From Balanoglossus misakiensis (lineage: Eukaryota > Animalia > Hemichordata): a DNA stretch of 64,000 bases. The notes below the pieces were generated by a model. It was not told the origin of the DNA, did not search any database, and saw nothing but the letters and a program-made list of their open reading frames with translations. This document shows, piece after piece, positions 48,601-61,242 of this stretch. A program made the translations under genes and the position numbers. Position 1 is the first letter of the stretch. Each line of letters begins with the position of its first letter. The stretch is from NCBI GenBank assembly GCA_040954595.2, contig CM082582.2, forward strand, positions 9,105,483 through 9,169,482, written 5' to 3'.

Positions 48601-51600
48601 AGAGTCCGGGATTGGTAATTGCTTCTTTAAAAATGTGATAAAAATCAGCATCTCTGGTTCTTGTACTATTTTCATCATTAGTGCCAGAACTGTCTGTCGA
48701 ACTTAATTGCTAAATTTGTTGTCATCAGGCCCATGCTTATCCCCTCAGAACCAAGTATATAAATGATCCAAGTATGTGATGTCCTCACTCAGAAGTAATT
48801 TATTTATTGACATTTAATCATTTCATTTCATCATCTTTCCTAACGATCACATCAATACTAATATGTTAGTCATAGAAATTATGCTGGTTTGCTCAAAATT
48901 GAGACCTGGTATATTAGCAAGAACGCAAATTTAATATTTCATTTTTAATATGTAACTGAAGACTACCCTATGTCAGAAGTTTATGAAATCCTCAGAAAAA
49001 AAATACCCATCCTAATTGTGCGTGCAGACTGTACTTGGTCTGACTTTAATAAAAGCTTAGTGCCCCTGGAGCGCCATTGGATGTCACGTATGCCAACATC
49101 TATACGGGGATATTTTGAGGCTAATATCGAGTTAAACAGGTGAGCCTGTAATTGGATAAAAACTGCACTAATTGGCTCACTGTGCATCCACTGAAGCCAG
49201 AAGCATGGAGGACAAAATCAAAATGGTTAATTGGTCCCCGTCTGCAGTGTACAGGTCCCCACGCTGGGTGCATCAGCGAGGGTTTCGTACCCGACTGACA
49301 CAACCTTGTGGTTGCAATATACTGGGTCCTCTTCTTCAGTTTCTGTTTCAGACAGGATTTTGGTTCAAAAGTTTCTTTTTTTACTAACCCTGAATTTTGT
49401 GTGTGAAATATGTTGTCATCAGGATTGTGATCAGAATTAAAGCCAGTAGAACTAGAGAGCAAATATGAGACACGCAAGTGAATGCATCAGCAATAGTCCT
49501 CACATGAAATTTGATTGATTTTTATGGTTTCGCCATCATCAATATCATATTTCCTGTTTATTTATAATTTTTTTAATTCACCATCTTTTTTATGAGTACA
49601 TTGTGTAGTGAAAAAGAGAGGATATGCAGGCATGCCCCACGGCTCAGAGTGGTTATCGTACTTTGCTCGTCCGTTTGACATTTAGGTATCCCGTGCCTCT
49701 TCAGATTCTATTACCATACTTTGCATCATGTATCCTGAGATCATAAGAAACTCTCCATTCCATATCCAATAAATTGATTTGAACATTTGTAATGTGTAAT
49801 CTACTTTTGAAGGGAGAGGGGGGGGGGGGGGGGGTTCCTCCCGTTCAGTTGCTGAAGAGGACCCCTTAGTTTATTGACTACGGGTAACAGAAGGAATGGC
49901 AGGTCCCATATCTACAATGCAGAAACATAAAGTGATACTGCAGTTACACGCTTTGAAATAATTTAAATATTACAATCACACGCACATGTCATCTGCAAAA
50001 AAAACCACCAACTACCGGTAATCCTGAGACATTACGCTCCGGCAAGGTCTTCCTGTCCGACTGCAAGGAGACACAGGATTATAACCCAGTTAATAAGATT
50101 TCTCTTTCGCTAAAAATAACTTCGCAGCCGACGGTCACCCCCGGCTCGCCACGACTTGCAACATCTGCGCGTCCTCGCGATGGAGGTGGGCCGCGAATTG
50201 GGGCGGCCTGTATTAAAACTCCCACGAGCAGACGCAGACATCCCAGTTTATCAATTTGTGAAATTGAATTTCATTATTACGGTTTGTAATTACATCTGCG
50301 TGCATGAGGATCCAGCGCAGCTCATCAGACTAATTGTAACCAGGGGATATCCACCGCACTCGCTATATACATCAAAACATCACACACAGTTTCCTCTCGC
50401 AAATTATTCCTGATGAAACTATCCTCCAAAACATATTTCTTTTTCCCCCTCCTCCCGCGTACCCTAGACTGCATGTATTAACTATTAAACGACCGCTTTC
50501 TGATTTATTGATAAGAAAGTCTCGGATACACATCAGAGATATTGTGAGCAAATCAAAGAATGATGAATTTATCTCCGTTGTAATAAGATATCATTTCTTT
50601 AATGTATGATGTATTTTTCAAAGCTGACACTGAGCTGGAACGATGATGAACATTGATCGTACCCTGGATTAAGGTCTCCAGACATTCCCGGAAAAAAAAA
50701 ATTACTCTGAAATGCATCACCAGTACTTGGAGTTCAAAGGTGCATTATTCAACGTTTTCGGAGTTAAGATTCATCATTACCCGGTACTCGCTCATCATCA
50801 GTTTTTCCACATATCGCTGAGCCTGCACGTCGAGACCACTGGGAAGTCGGGCCCGGCAAAGGCACGGAGCCAGGGGGCGAAAGTCCGGCGTTCATTTGAG
50901 TATTTTCCAAATCAAATTAAATTCCGTCACTGGGACTGATTATTACATGTGCGCGCATGTAATATTACCCCAGGGAGGACTAATTATAGAAGTGTATGCG
51001 AGGGAAGAGAACGGAATCCTGTTGACCTGTGTCACCTTTTGTTGCCTGTACTTAGCCCACGTGGTGCTCGCGTCCAACAGCCATCATTCGTACACAAAAA
51101 ATGTGAAAATCCACATTCGAGATTAACATGAAAAATTTCGTTTTAAAATTCATTCATACACAAAGTAAAAATCAGGAAATAACAAGATTTTAAAGTTTGA
51201 GATGACAGTCCCTCACCTTATAGTCCATGACAGAAGCCGTGAATACACAAAACTCAACGTGGATAATATTGTGCAATTATTTATTTCATATACCTGACTT
51301 TTCTCTCACAAGGTTACACATATGTCTACATCACTTTACTGCTATGCTACATTTGCAAGTCAATGGAGAAACTCTGAAACACCAAATCCCAGTTAATCAT
51401 AAATTCAACAGGAATCAAGACTTTTCTCCCTATTCCCCATTTGAATGATTTGAAATTGATGCAAATACAGCCGACATTGATTACACCATATATCCATTTC
51501 ATGCCGTGTATCCCCTGGAATTTATGTCTTGGAGCGCTGGAGATCGTGTCTCATCTAAATTCCCATTCATTAGAGCAAAATGAAGATTTTGAAGATAAAG

Positions 51601-54600
51601 CCAACTCTGTCGCAACAGCTGCCGTGCTCTGAAAAGCGTCTCCATGGCAACGGATGGTGAAGAGTCCAGTCAAACATATCTCAAATTTAAGCCGAGCTTG
51701 GGTTTCTGGCAATGGAAATGGTGCTTTGGAGATTTTTTATCTCTGGTACCCCGCTTTTAAAATCAACATTTTTTTATTTTCATGATTCACACTGATAATA
51801 ATATAATTTTGTAAAAGGGAAGTGGCGTCGTGCTTAAGGACTATTCTTTCGAACCCATGTGGGTTCCAAAACAGAAATAATAATTTCAGAAATGTCGAGT
51901 TCCCACATTCAATTTCTCCAAACTATTTCTCCTGAGTGATTTTCTGTAGAGTGTTCAAATATCATTCCAGCAGAGAGGCAAGTTCCTCTGCAGATTAAGA
52001 TTCACATCTTTCTATATTTAGTATGTGGTGGTGTGCATGTAAATGAGCTGTGTGTTTTCTTTATGTAATTGTATGCACCAAAAATCCCTGATGTTTCATG
52101 AAATAATTTTTTTCAATTCCCTCAAGAGACTTCACATCTATGAAATAACCTTTTGCATAAAGCCCTTGAAGCAGTTATTTTACTCTGAAGAAAGAGAACC
52201 ATGTCATGAATATTCTCATCTTAAATTACTCGAAGCTTTTCCCAAGTTTTGTACAACACAAACTGTTCAGTGTGAACCTGACTAAAGCAAGCTTCACTAT
52301 CAAGGCACGAGACCTTGTAGTGCCACCAGTATAATGAGATAAAGAGAATGCTTGTCCCGAAAAGGACGAAGTTGTAATTGTCTCGTAACCTTACCAATAG
52401 GTAGTGTGCCACTACAATCTCATCAATTAATCAGCAATTTATATTTTAAATGGACAAGACTGCATCATGCACGTTGTGGTTTTTCCTCATTTATTCTATA
52501 TTTGAGATGATACCCAGTGATAAACCTGAGTAGACATTATATTATGTGGACAGCTAGTGTAATGGCAGCTTGAAATATGATGTGAAGTACTGATCATAAT
52601 TTGAAAGAAAGTGATGCCAAAAACTGGGGAAGGGGGGGGGGGGGTGAAGAAATGGAGAAGTTGAGACTGACGCAATTGAATATTTTGCATTGCATATTCT
52701 CTTATCCCAGTGAAACTGAAATACAATGTAGCAATAAATTTATTCTTCATCAGAAAAAATGTTTTGATAGATTGGTATCCTAATCCCCATAATGGCCACC
52801 AATCATCTTTGCAAATCTTGCCTGCAGTTTCTCCATAACCTTTTCAATCAAAAATGAGCTCTGAATCCCTACGTAGTTATACGTTCAGGTATAGTCCTGT
52901 ATTTTTCCCAACTCTCAGACAGCTCTCGCCACGGGGACGGTGGACAGAAGTAATGAAAGGAGTATTGTCATTTTGATGTCGCTGCGTTTTCCATGGTCAC
53001 ATTCCGCAATATGTAGTCGAAAAAATCGCTCCAGGTTGTGTGTGTGCGTTTGATGCATCGTGGCATTTTTTTCAAATGAAAGTTGTCAGTATCACTCTTT
53101 TGTAATGAGCAAACAGCCATTCAATATCTGATGTTGTTGCGTTGCGGCTCTGAAAAAGCAATTTTGTTTCTCACAATTCATGATGATCTTTGGCACTCTG
53201 GGGGTACATTAAATATTCCGTTCAGTGTCTGAATTGTGAACACCTGAAATAGAAAAGATGGTTCTGGCTCTATGATCACGGAATATTTAGTGTTTAATGG
53301 CTGCAGGTATGTTATGTTTATCATGTTCCATTGGGATGGTGTCTGGAATATTAGGTACCCATATGATGTATTCCATCCATGCGTGGATCAGAGTGTACAA
53401 TTGCCCTGTATGGCTGGGCTTATGCAAATATGTTTGTTTTGCGATGCAATCCATTATGGCTGACTGATAAACTAGCTATTTCATTCACAGGACTTTCATA
53501 ATGTTTGGAGGGTTTGATCCAATATGGCTGACAGTTTCATATGCTAAATTTATGACACGTGTCTTATGAAACCCCTCCTCTTCACCCATCACGTGCAGTT
53601 TTCAAAAGAGTATTTGGCACTTGCAGTGCATGGCATGGAACAGGCAGCAAAAGTGTTCTGCACTTATTGCCAGGTGCGAATGTCTAGTCACAAATAAATT
53701 GAAATCGATCAATATTCCACTCCAATCACTTAAAGTTTCTTACGTTCCGGCATGATGCGGGAAAAAGGCCAGAAATGGCAGCATTCCTGTCTACATTTGT
53801 TCTACTTCATCACCTCGGAGGTAGAGATGACAAGTGTGTGACATAGAAGACTTCAAACTAAATCACACCGTGGTTGCCACCTAATCCTGAAAAATGACCT
53901 CGGAAAATAAAAAGCGGGCATGCCTTCACAGTTGGATTCCCATCTCCGTATAAATTAATGTGCCAGAAAAAAAACCTGCACTGTCAAACCTGCTCAAAAA
54001 ACGAATGCACTGAAGTGGGACTGAGGGAAAATGCCAAAAGACATTCTGTCCAGAAATATTCAAATTTACTCTAGAATCTTCTCAGATTAGGGATTTTGAA
54101 CGATTGCACGTCTAATATTGTTTATTAAAGTACAATATTTTAATGCTGTTTGAGACATTCAGGTAACCAAATTTCAGATGTCACATTTTTTCAAAATTAT
54201 TGATTTTCTTTGTCTTTTTCACGGTAAAATCACATACTTCATTCTGATATATCTTTCGTCTCCAATGCCTTCTCAGTCAAAGAATCGTTGCTCTCTCCCC
54301 CCCCCCCCCCAAGCCAATATAGCATACATTGTATGGTACTACTGATGCAAACATTCTCTATTATGCAAGAGAATCATTCTTATCAAGATATAGAAATGGT
54401 GCAAAGATGTGAAAATCTCCTCACCCACATGGAGCATTTTCAAAAATAACTGATATTACAGAATACTTCAAAAAGATTTTCTTTCAATTCCATTCAATAT
54501 TTTCAATTTCTTGACAACCTCTATACTCAAGGGCAACACAAATACCACGTCATTCAACACTTACCCCATCACAAAAATGGAGATTCTAAAGGCCACTTTT

Positions 54601-57600
54601 ATACAAAAAACATTAATTCTTCCTACAGTTATGTTATCTTCTTTCTTAGTTTACAATAAAACATTCTGTGCAACTGAGTTATCGATAAGGATCATTAAAT
54701 AGAAGTTGCGAATATTGAGATTTCATCTATTCAGTTCTCTCTCTCATATATGCTACTCGACAGAGTAGAGATTTCATATTTCTTCTACGCACCACAATTT
54801 CATTCTGTTCCGTCTACTTGAGCTCCAGGCAGCAGACTACTTTGTTAAGTTTTCTGATGAAAAATTGCGCACCTTTCTTCCTCTTGACACATCTTTCACA
54901 TTTCATAGTTTCCATAGCAACAGATGAAGAGGCGGTGGGGGCAAATTAAAAAGAGAGGAGTAATTTGTTCTCTCTTTACGTTGAAATTTTGACAGAATTT
55001 TACAGACCAGAGGTTTATTTTTCACATACATGTATGTACATAAGGTGTACATACATGCACAAACACACATGTATGTGTACTGTACATAAAAAGGATAAAA
55101 TAGAAGCGAGCCAATGTCTGTTTAACGATTTTCACTTTCAATTTTACACTACAGTGCCCATTATCGCTTAGAAGTGGTTTCATTTGAGAACTTTTATGAT
55201 GTAATATCACACCGAAATAAAAGGAATACACTTGAGAGCATGTAAACCAGCTTTAATACCCCGGCTTTTATGCCTCTACATTATTTGATAAATCTCATCT
55301 AATACCCACGATGCGGTGTGCCCTAATTTCAAGCACACACATAGCAGCAGCTAATCTTTTTGCCAAGTTTTTATATTCAAGCCTTACTCCAGAACTGTCC
55401 CAGGCTACAGAAGTGCTATGATGCACAAAGTGTAAAGTGATCGCTTGCTTTTAGAATTTGAAACTGCAAATCCAGAATCATTTGCGTCAGATCTGTAGAA
55501 ACATCTGCAGGTTCAAACTCTGCAAATGTTGAATCAAATCTGTAGTGTCGTCCTTTCTGAGTAAAGCTGAATCTAAGTTACTTCAGAACATGGAGACTTT
55601 CATTCAATCAGTAAAATTGACAAACTAGAGGAGAAAGAAGAAAATTGAGCCAACAGAACTGTAGCACTGAACTGATCGACACACACACACTAGTACCAGC
55701 CAGCAACTTTTATTTATTCAAAATCACTTTACGTACCAAGTGTTTGCCTTTCAGCAGTATATCCAATTGACTGGAGGAACAACAAAGTATATTTTAATGC
55801 AATCTGATGGACTCTAAATAAGATTTACCTAGGGAGTTTACTCTGGTGTACGGCGGTAAATTCACCGGGGATGTTCAGTTCAAACATGGAAGAAGAGAAA
55901 AAAAAACTGCTCCCTGCTCCGTGTCAACTTGCACTGATGTCGGAGATGACCCCGCGACCCAAAGATGCCATTATGTCGAAATATTCACTGTCAACGGAGT
56001 CTGGTTTATGTAACTCCAGTACTGGGAAAACTGTTCTGCCCGTGTTTCCCCTCCAGTTGTGAATCCTGATAAAAGCAGACTGTCTTCCCATCTTCATCAG
56101 TGCTGGAGCCTGTCCATTTACCCTCCCCACCCCCTGCAGAAAAGTGGAACATTCCCCGAGAAGAACAATGTAGAATACTCCAGAAGTCGTTTACCTGTTT
56201 CAGATACCGTTATTCCGGAGACGGCCCCCCTTGATATCCTTGAAAGTACTTTGAAAAGCAACTGGCTTTAATCATCACAATAAAAGTTGCCTTTCACGGA
56301 ATTGGTAGTGTTATAGCGTTTAATTCCCTACTGAGCCTGAATGTTATACGCTTACTCTAATGCACTCATGGGTTAGTTAGTTAGCGCTGTTCCGGGAGCC
56401 CTTCACATTTGCCGTCTGTGTGGTGAAGGTAACATGTAATTGGATAATTTATATCACAAGGGGGCGCTGTTTCCCCTGTGCCTTAATGATGTGCCCTTGT
56501 GAAAAGTTAGATTGGACTAAACTGTCCTTGTGTGGAAGGAATGTGATTGTTGAACCAATCACAAAAATTCAGCAATCCCTGTCAAGAGATATTACAAAGA
56601 TCTCTGCAGTGTTACATAAAGAGGAAAAAAAAATCATGACAAATCTATCTGCCCGGGTCGTTTCCTGCCGTACATCATTTCATTTTTCATAAGACTTTTC
56701 TCGATCATGACACTCGAGCTACACACACCGTAGTTGACGATAAACTCTTCAGAAATCTGATCGGATTCGTGCAGTGACTGCCAGCGTTTGAGATATTACT
56801 CCACCGCTGCACCCTCCAGCAATATTATAAAATCAGGCAGGCTGCTTTTGTTCCACGTGAGTGCTTCCTGCTAAACTGTTGTCCTGAATTATTAAAACAC
56901 AAAAAAATATGAAATACTTTGGATGATTTCTCTATTCTGTGAAGAACACCAATTGGATCTTTGCTTTGTACTTCATGTAAAATGAAAACGAGAGTATGCA
57001 GTGATCTGGATATTTCTGAAATTTCCTCAAAGATGACAAGTGCTCATATTTGCTGTAATTGCTTTCAAGCAATTTTTGTGACAGAATTTAATATTTCAAA
57101 TTTGCCAATATTGGAAAATCAAAATCCAGATTGGTGGCAGGGTGTTCTCCCCATGTTGTTCTCTGTTGATCTTGAACAGAAAGATGACAATGCGGCTCAC
57201 TTGAGAACCAATCAGAATGGACAGACATAGAACACATGTAGCAAGTAAATTATGCATGGATTTAATTCCAGAGTGAACGTAAAAGTCAAGTCTTGTTACA
57301 GTACAAATAGTGAAATACATGACCGTTGTAGGGTTAAGTTATTGGTTGGAGTTTAACTTTGATTGTGTATTTGAGTCTTGACAGAGTTTGACTTTGGGTG
57401 GGTATTTGGGTTTAATAGCTGACAACAAACAAATTTCTGATGTACAGATGACAAAGCCGGCTCCCATGATATCAAAATTTTGATGAAAATATGAAAAATT
57501 TATGAAGTGGTAGATTTATGAATTCCTAACAAATTAATGATTGATTATTCCAGGTAAACCACTGCTGTGCAATGCAAGATTGTTTGTGGCAGCGAATGAC

Positions 57601-57920
57601 TTTCCAAAACATACACCCTATAAGCCATAAAATATGCATACCCCCTTGGTAATGAAACCTACACTTCAGAAGAGGGGGGGGGGGGGGTATTGCGGGCCTC
57701 AAACTTGGATAATTGTCACATTTCAAATGGACTGTGACGTTGAGTACAAAAAAGGCTTGTGCTTTGATTGTGCAGTACTGTATTGGAACCTGTCAGTGAC
57801 AATAAAACTCCAAAGAACTTGCATACCATATTGTACATGCATTGCGTGCATTTTCTTATGTGTGTGTGGTTTTTCAATCCTGTATGCTTATCAAAAATGC
57901 CTGTGGTTGTGTCTTCACAG

Positions 57921-58057
57921 AGCGAACTGGACAAACACATTCAGGAACACCGAGATGAAGAGGCAGGGGAGCGTATCTATCCGTGCCGCATATGCACTAA
58001 AGAATTCAGGAGGACCTCACTCCTCAAAGACCACATGAAAAGCCATTATAAGATCCG
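57921..58057 (+). CDS. ZNF236: ZNF236 exon 3 (SELDKHIQEH...KSHYKIR)
   Basis: tcttcacag acceptor at phase 0 and CG|GTGAGT donor at phase 2. It completes finger 4 and encodes finger 5, ending in the ZNF236-type HYKIR. Confidence 0.93.
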
Positions 58058-60507
58058 GTGAGTGAGTGCTCGGTTGCCATATCTCCATTAAAATTGTAAA
58101 TACCCCTGGTAGTATATTTTCTTTTATAGATACTATCTATCTTATGTTTTATAGATTTTATCTATCTGGCACAGATACTCCGCGAGACATGCTGTGTGCA
58201 GTTCTGTGTGCAGTACTGGAAATTGCCTTCAAAACCTATTCATTCTTTTGGAGGTATTTTATAGCTAGGATTTTTTGTCTGCCTGACTAAAGCCACTGTA
58301 TTAACAATGAATAAGTTGACTCCTTGACAAACTGGAAAAGTTTAGATGCGTCCATTATTCCCAAGGGATGATGGGATGAAGTGTTATCTTGGGCTGGTAC
58401 TATGGACTTGTGTCCACACACACCATTTTGTATGGTGATACTTCAGTTGGAAATGTCTTTAAAAATGTGTATCTGATTGAAAACAAATTTTACTATTCGG
58501 CCATTAAAACCTGCAAATCATCTTTTGGAGACACTGTAGCTTTAAAGTTGTATATAAAATCGCCAACCATGAAGATGCATTAGTTTCAAAATATCGCTGA
58601 TAAAAGTTGTCACGCTTCCCCCTTACGGGACTTCATTTCGAAATGCCATTCCTGATGATTAGTGTTAGTAGGTAGTTTATCAGGGATGATATGTTCACAC
58701 TTGTTAATTTTACTACAGAACCAGTTGATTTACCATCAGATTAGAACTCAAAGTCCCAGTGACAGACAAGGCTGACTACATGCAGTTGTAACTGTTGATG
58801 ATTTTTGGTACCGGTTTCTTGTATATAAATTGTTTGATCACAAATTTTCTTCAATAAACTCAGACAAAGAAGCGTTTTTCCTGAATATTAAATGAGAGCT
58901 AATGACGTGCTTCAATAATTAAACTTAATGATTGAAGTAATTGATATGCATATAAATGCTGGCTGTGGTAGTTATCTATAATTTTTGTATTCAATTACAC
59001 AATTGCCATGTCTACTGAGAAACCTTCACCTTATTGCTGCTTGTTTCAGTCTCAACTGAAGTAGCAACACCTAAAATGAACCTCTTGTGAAGTCCCAGTT
59101 ACAGTCTATCCATCACAAATATCAAGAAATATGAAATATTTTTTTGTCTTCTTGTCCTTATCTCTAGATAAACTCACAAACTCGTGGAATAACATTTTTT
59201 TCAGCTCTGCAGGGACACAGTTGATATCTTTGTGATGTTTATCTTGATCATATTTTATTTCCTTTGAGAAGTTATTGATGTTGAGGATATTTACATAAAC
59301 ACATCTGTTATTGGTTCTGAGAGCGCTAGTCTCATTTATCTTGTAGATATAAATTCAGAGGACCATTGCCAAGTGGCAGGTGTTTGTATCTGTTGTGAAA
59401 ATCTTGACTTTATAGAAGGTGTGTCTCAGAATGATGTAGGAAAGTGCTATATGTTTTGTATGTGTACAGCATTGAAACCAAACAATATTTTAGATTATGC
59501 AGGAAAAACTTCCAGATATTGACTACTAGAATATTCCTGGAAAACCTGTGTAATTTGACATAAGAACAGATTAGAACAAAAAGAAATAATAGATTGGAGG
59601 AGGGGGATTAAAGTCACCAATAAGCATTAAGTTGTCAACCCATCAAAATGAAGTCTTCAAAAATGTTACCGTATTAAAGACTCAGAAGAAAGTTGAAAGC
59701 TTTCCCACTTCGTCTCACGTACATCCAATCTCTGAAAACACAACCTGCTATTTTATCAGTAGTCCATCAAAAAATCAAAGTTCACATGCAGCAACTGGGG
59801 AATGCAAAAAAATGGGAAGGAGTTCCGTATCACGTTTGAGGATTGAAGTACAGGGGATTACTGAAAACCTTCGGATGAGGCATTTTCCACTGTACATTAT
59901 GAGAGTGATTCGATGATTATCGGCACAATGGACAGATATTACTCTGACGTACTCCACTGATCTCCATCGTGAAGTTTTTTTTTCCCCTTCATCTCATCCG
60001 ACAGATTAGCCATGCGTCTTCATCAATTTGTGCGACTGCCGCGCGGAACAGACTTTGCTGTCACGATTCTGAAAAGATATTGATGCTAGCATTCTCAGTT
60101 GTCATTCTGGTTATAAAGAAATAAAAACTCAAGTACGATCGGGGAAATTTCTAGTTTGCTTTCGCTAGAGAATTGTATCCTTCTGTAATGATCGCTGTGT
60201 CATATATCACTCAGAGTACACTTATCGCAACTGACACTCAATTTAGACAGAAAAAACACATGATTTTGATCATAGAGCATATTGTCTGCAGAAACCATGA
60301 GTTCTGTGAGCTACTTAAACTGATCGTAATGCAAATTATAATCTTCATGCGTAGAAAGAACAGGAATAGCCAACTTTATTAAATTGGAATCACTGTTAAT
60401 GTGCATTTAATTCCAAACCCCAAAGGTGCATAACAATTCCCATTGTTAACATGATCAAGGTCACTCCAGTTTTCCACATATATCATGTACAACTTGTACA
60501 CTATTTT

Positions 60508-60600
60508 GTAACCCTTTCACCACCATTGCGTGGTCCAAAACCAGTGTTTTATATTGTAAAGTTGGACCACTATATAGGTAAATGGGGGTGAAAGGGTTAA
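60508..60600. mobile_element. piggyBac-type MITE (~90 bp) in ZNF236 intron 3
   Basis: gtaaCCCTTTCACCaCCATT ... AATGGgGGTGAAAGGGttaa gives an 18/20 inverted match with CCC termini and (g/t)TAA/TTAA flanks. An inner inverted repeat gtggtccaa/ttggaccac is also present. Confidence 0.7.
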
Positions 60601-60686
60601 ATTGATGTTGATAGTTCCAACAGATCATTGGATCATTGCATTGTTTTCATTAAATGAGATTTTACTTTTTTTCCCCTCGGCTGCAG

Positions 60687-60817
60687 AACCAACCTATTGA
60701 TGACCAAACACCAACGGAGAAATGTGGACAGATCTGCATTTTCAAACGAGTGCCCCCACTGCGGGAAATCATTCCAAAAACCCAGCCAGCTGGAACGTCA
60801 TATCAGAATCCATACCG
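60687..60817 (+). CDS. ZNF236: ZNF236 exon 4 ([43 protein letters not shown])
   Basis: ctgcag acceptor at phase 2 and G|GTAGGT donor at phase 1. Translation matches the ZNF236 RNxDRSxF...CPHCGKxFQKPSQLxRHIRIHT segment. Not in the ORF track; translated by hand. Confidence 0.93.
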
Positions 60818-61242
60818 GTAGGTTAGAAACCCTCTGCTGGGTTTTTGTACACTGCTCTTTCTCTTCCTGAGGGGCTGCCAGGGATAGCCAGGAATCGAAC
60901 TTTTCTCTTCTCCTGGGGATGTGGAAGACAGCCAAGAATAGGGAAAATGATTGGAAATTCTCAGAATGAGCTTAGCATGTGAAAATACCATTGTATACTT
61001 AACACGAAATGCACTATTATGAAAAGAATGAGGTGACTGTTGCCTGCTTTAAAGCTCCCTTTATAGCTGTAACTTTCCACTAAGTTTTCAGCATTTTAGT
61101 TTCGTGTATCTACTGTAAGTGTTGTACATTACATTACTGGTATATCTATTTTCCTGCTACTATACTTCTACATTTCAGCCATTTGAATCATTGCATTTGG
61201 TAATTTGATAATTAAACGACCCTTTTTGTTTACCTTTCCCAG

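Noticed and set aside
49630-49720. A-box-like ggctcagagtggtta suggesting a tRNA or SINE
   Set aside because: No convincing B-box or cloverleaf.
24275-57690. Scattered poly-G/poly-C runs (for example 24281, 33843, 49818, 52631, 54297, 57674)
   Set aside because: Ordinary homopolymer microsatellites with no regular spacing or shared flanks.
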